A stretch of 64,000 nucleotides of DNA from Marsupella aquatica (lineage: Eukaryota > Plantae > Marchantiophyta), in assembly GCA_973895155.1 (NCBI GenBank), contig OZ316899.1:6575241-6639240 (forward strand). The letters are read 5' to 3'. Numbering within the stretch: position 1 is the stretch's first letter; each line of letters starts with the position of its first letter. Position numbers and translations under genes: made by a program. Below, piece after piece: positions 62,822-64,000 of the stretch. The notes beneath the pieces are model-generated. The model worked only from the letters and a program-made list of their open reading frames with translations, searched no databases and had not been told where the DNA came from.

Positions 62822-64000
62822 GGAGTGCGGTGTGCTGATCACATCTGATTTAATTCCAGCATTACTCCTATGCGATGCAACAATCTCCATAGCCAAAAAA
62901 TCCATGCAATCAGGGATTGAAGCTCACAACTACTCTCCATAGCTCCCTTCTGATTCATTGTTCCTTTGCACACATCGGTTCTCCTTTCTTTGTATCAGCA
63001 TCATGACTTGATCACATATATTAGCCAGCCAGTAGCCCACCATTAGCAACTTCTATTCTTCTCAATTTAGAGCTCATGCTCAACAACAGCCATAGCCCTC
63101 ACAAGAAATCAGTGCAACATCAATCAGGTTTGAGCTTCTCCATAGCAAATGTGTAGCATCCTTCTATCCTCCCTCACTCCCAACATCATTGAAATTTCTT
63201 CAGCAATGAGCGCTCTCTCTATGCAACGCTCCTCCCTTCAATAATAGCTCGCAGTCCCGCTTGCAGTTGCCTCACCTCTCCACAATAGCGAGTAGCCATG
63301 CTCGCAATTCAAGCAACAACTTTGCTACTTTCCTATCCAGATAGCAGAAATCAGCAATTTCTTGTCTCCTTTGCCTCCAATTAAGCTAAGCTCCCTTGTG
63401 ATCTTCCATTTGAGAGGGGTCAACTCTTCTTGTTCTTATCGGTAAATTTGTTGAGCTCCTTGATTTTGGGTTGTCATTCAATGTTGTGCTTCCAAGCTTC
63501 CCTGTCCTGATTGTAGTGGCGCCGCTAACTTTTAGTACTCCCTTTGATTCTACTTCTTGATTTAGTACTCTTCGTGCATCCTCCCTAGATTCTTCTTGTC
63601 TCTTATTCCTAATTTTTGTACCCCCGTATATTCTTGTGTCCTTATGAGAAGGACCCACGTGATGACATGTGGCCTTCTCACCAGACTCATATAGCATTCC
63701 ACCCTTTAGTAATTGAACCTGCGTCTTACTCCCATAGCATCCTGACTTGATGGTACTTATAACAAAATCCATACTTTGAAAATTCCTAACTCCAAGCTCC
63801 AACCTGAATTTTGGCTGAATTTGCCTTTGCCAGTGTGTCCTTTGAACCTAAGACTACCTACTATCTGAGTTGCAAGGTCTAACTCTACTTTGAGACTTTT
63901 CTATAATTCTGCTAAGCATACCATTTGTTAATTCTTCATTCTAAGTGCTTAAGCGACTAACTTAGCCCTCTGGGTTTTTACCTACTTAGTCCTACCTAGA

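Noticed and set aside
62830-63802. Minus-strand decayed gag-like frame
   Set aside because: Too degraded; no diagnostic motif I can stand behind.

Overview
Eukaryotic nuclear DNA from a plant, probably a non-seed land plant; the host is inferred only from the divergence of the one cellular gene. That gene is an intact 15-coding-exon UPL1/UPL2-type HECT E3 ubiquitin ligase on the minus strand (31306->15251, about 3890 aa, with an 8160-bp exon). Both flanks are nested transposon blocks. Left block: a Bianca-like Ty1/copia 3' end sits inside a decayed Ty3/gypsy element. That element's polyprotein carries the C-terminal half of a C5 cytosine methyltransferase ahead of RT and a PHD finger after integrase. 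Several RTEX-like LINE copies with hexamer tails are also present. Right block: a decayed long ORF is split by a 20.2-kb CACTA element (transposase, a second ORF, a BRCT-like ORF and a solo LTR). The CACTA contains a MITE-like dimer, which in turn contains a 9.1-kb long-TIR Mutator-like element. The Mutator-like element has two convergent genes and one 13-bp motif spread through its TIRs and most of its introns. The best candidates for new biology are the DNMT+PHD gypsy element and the two-gene MULE with its motif arrays. All domain calls were made by eye from motifs; no database searches were run.
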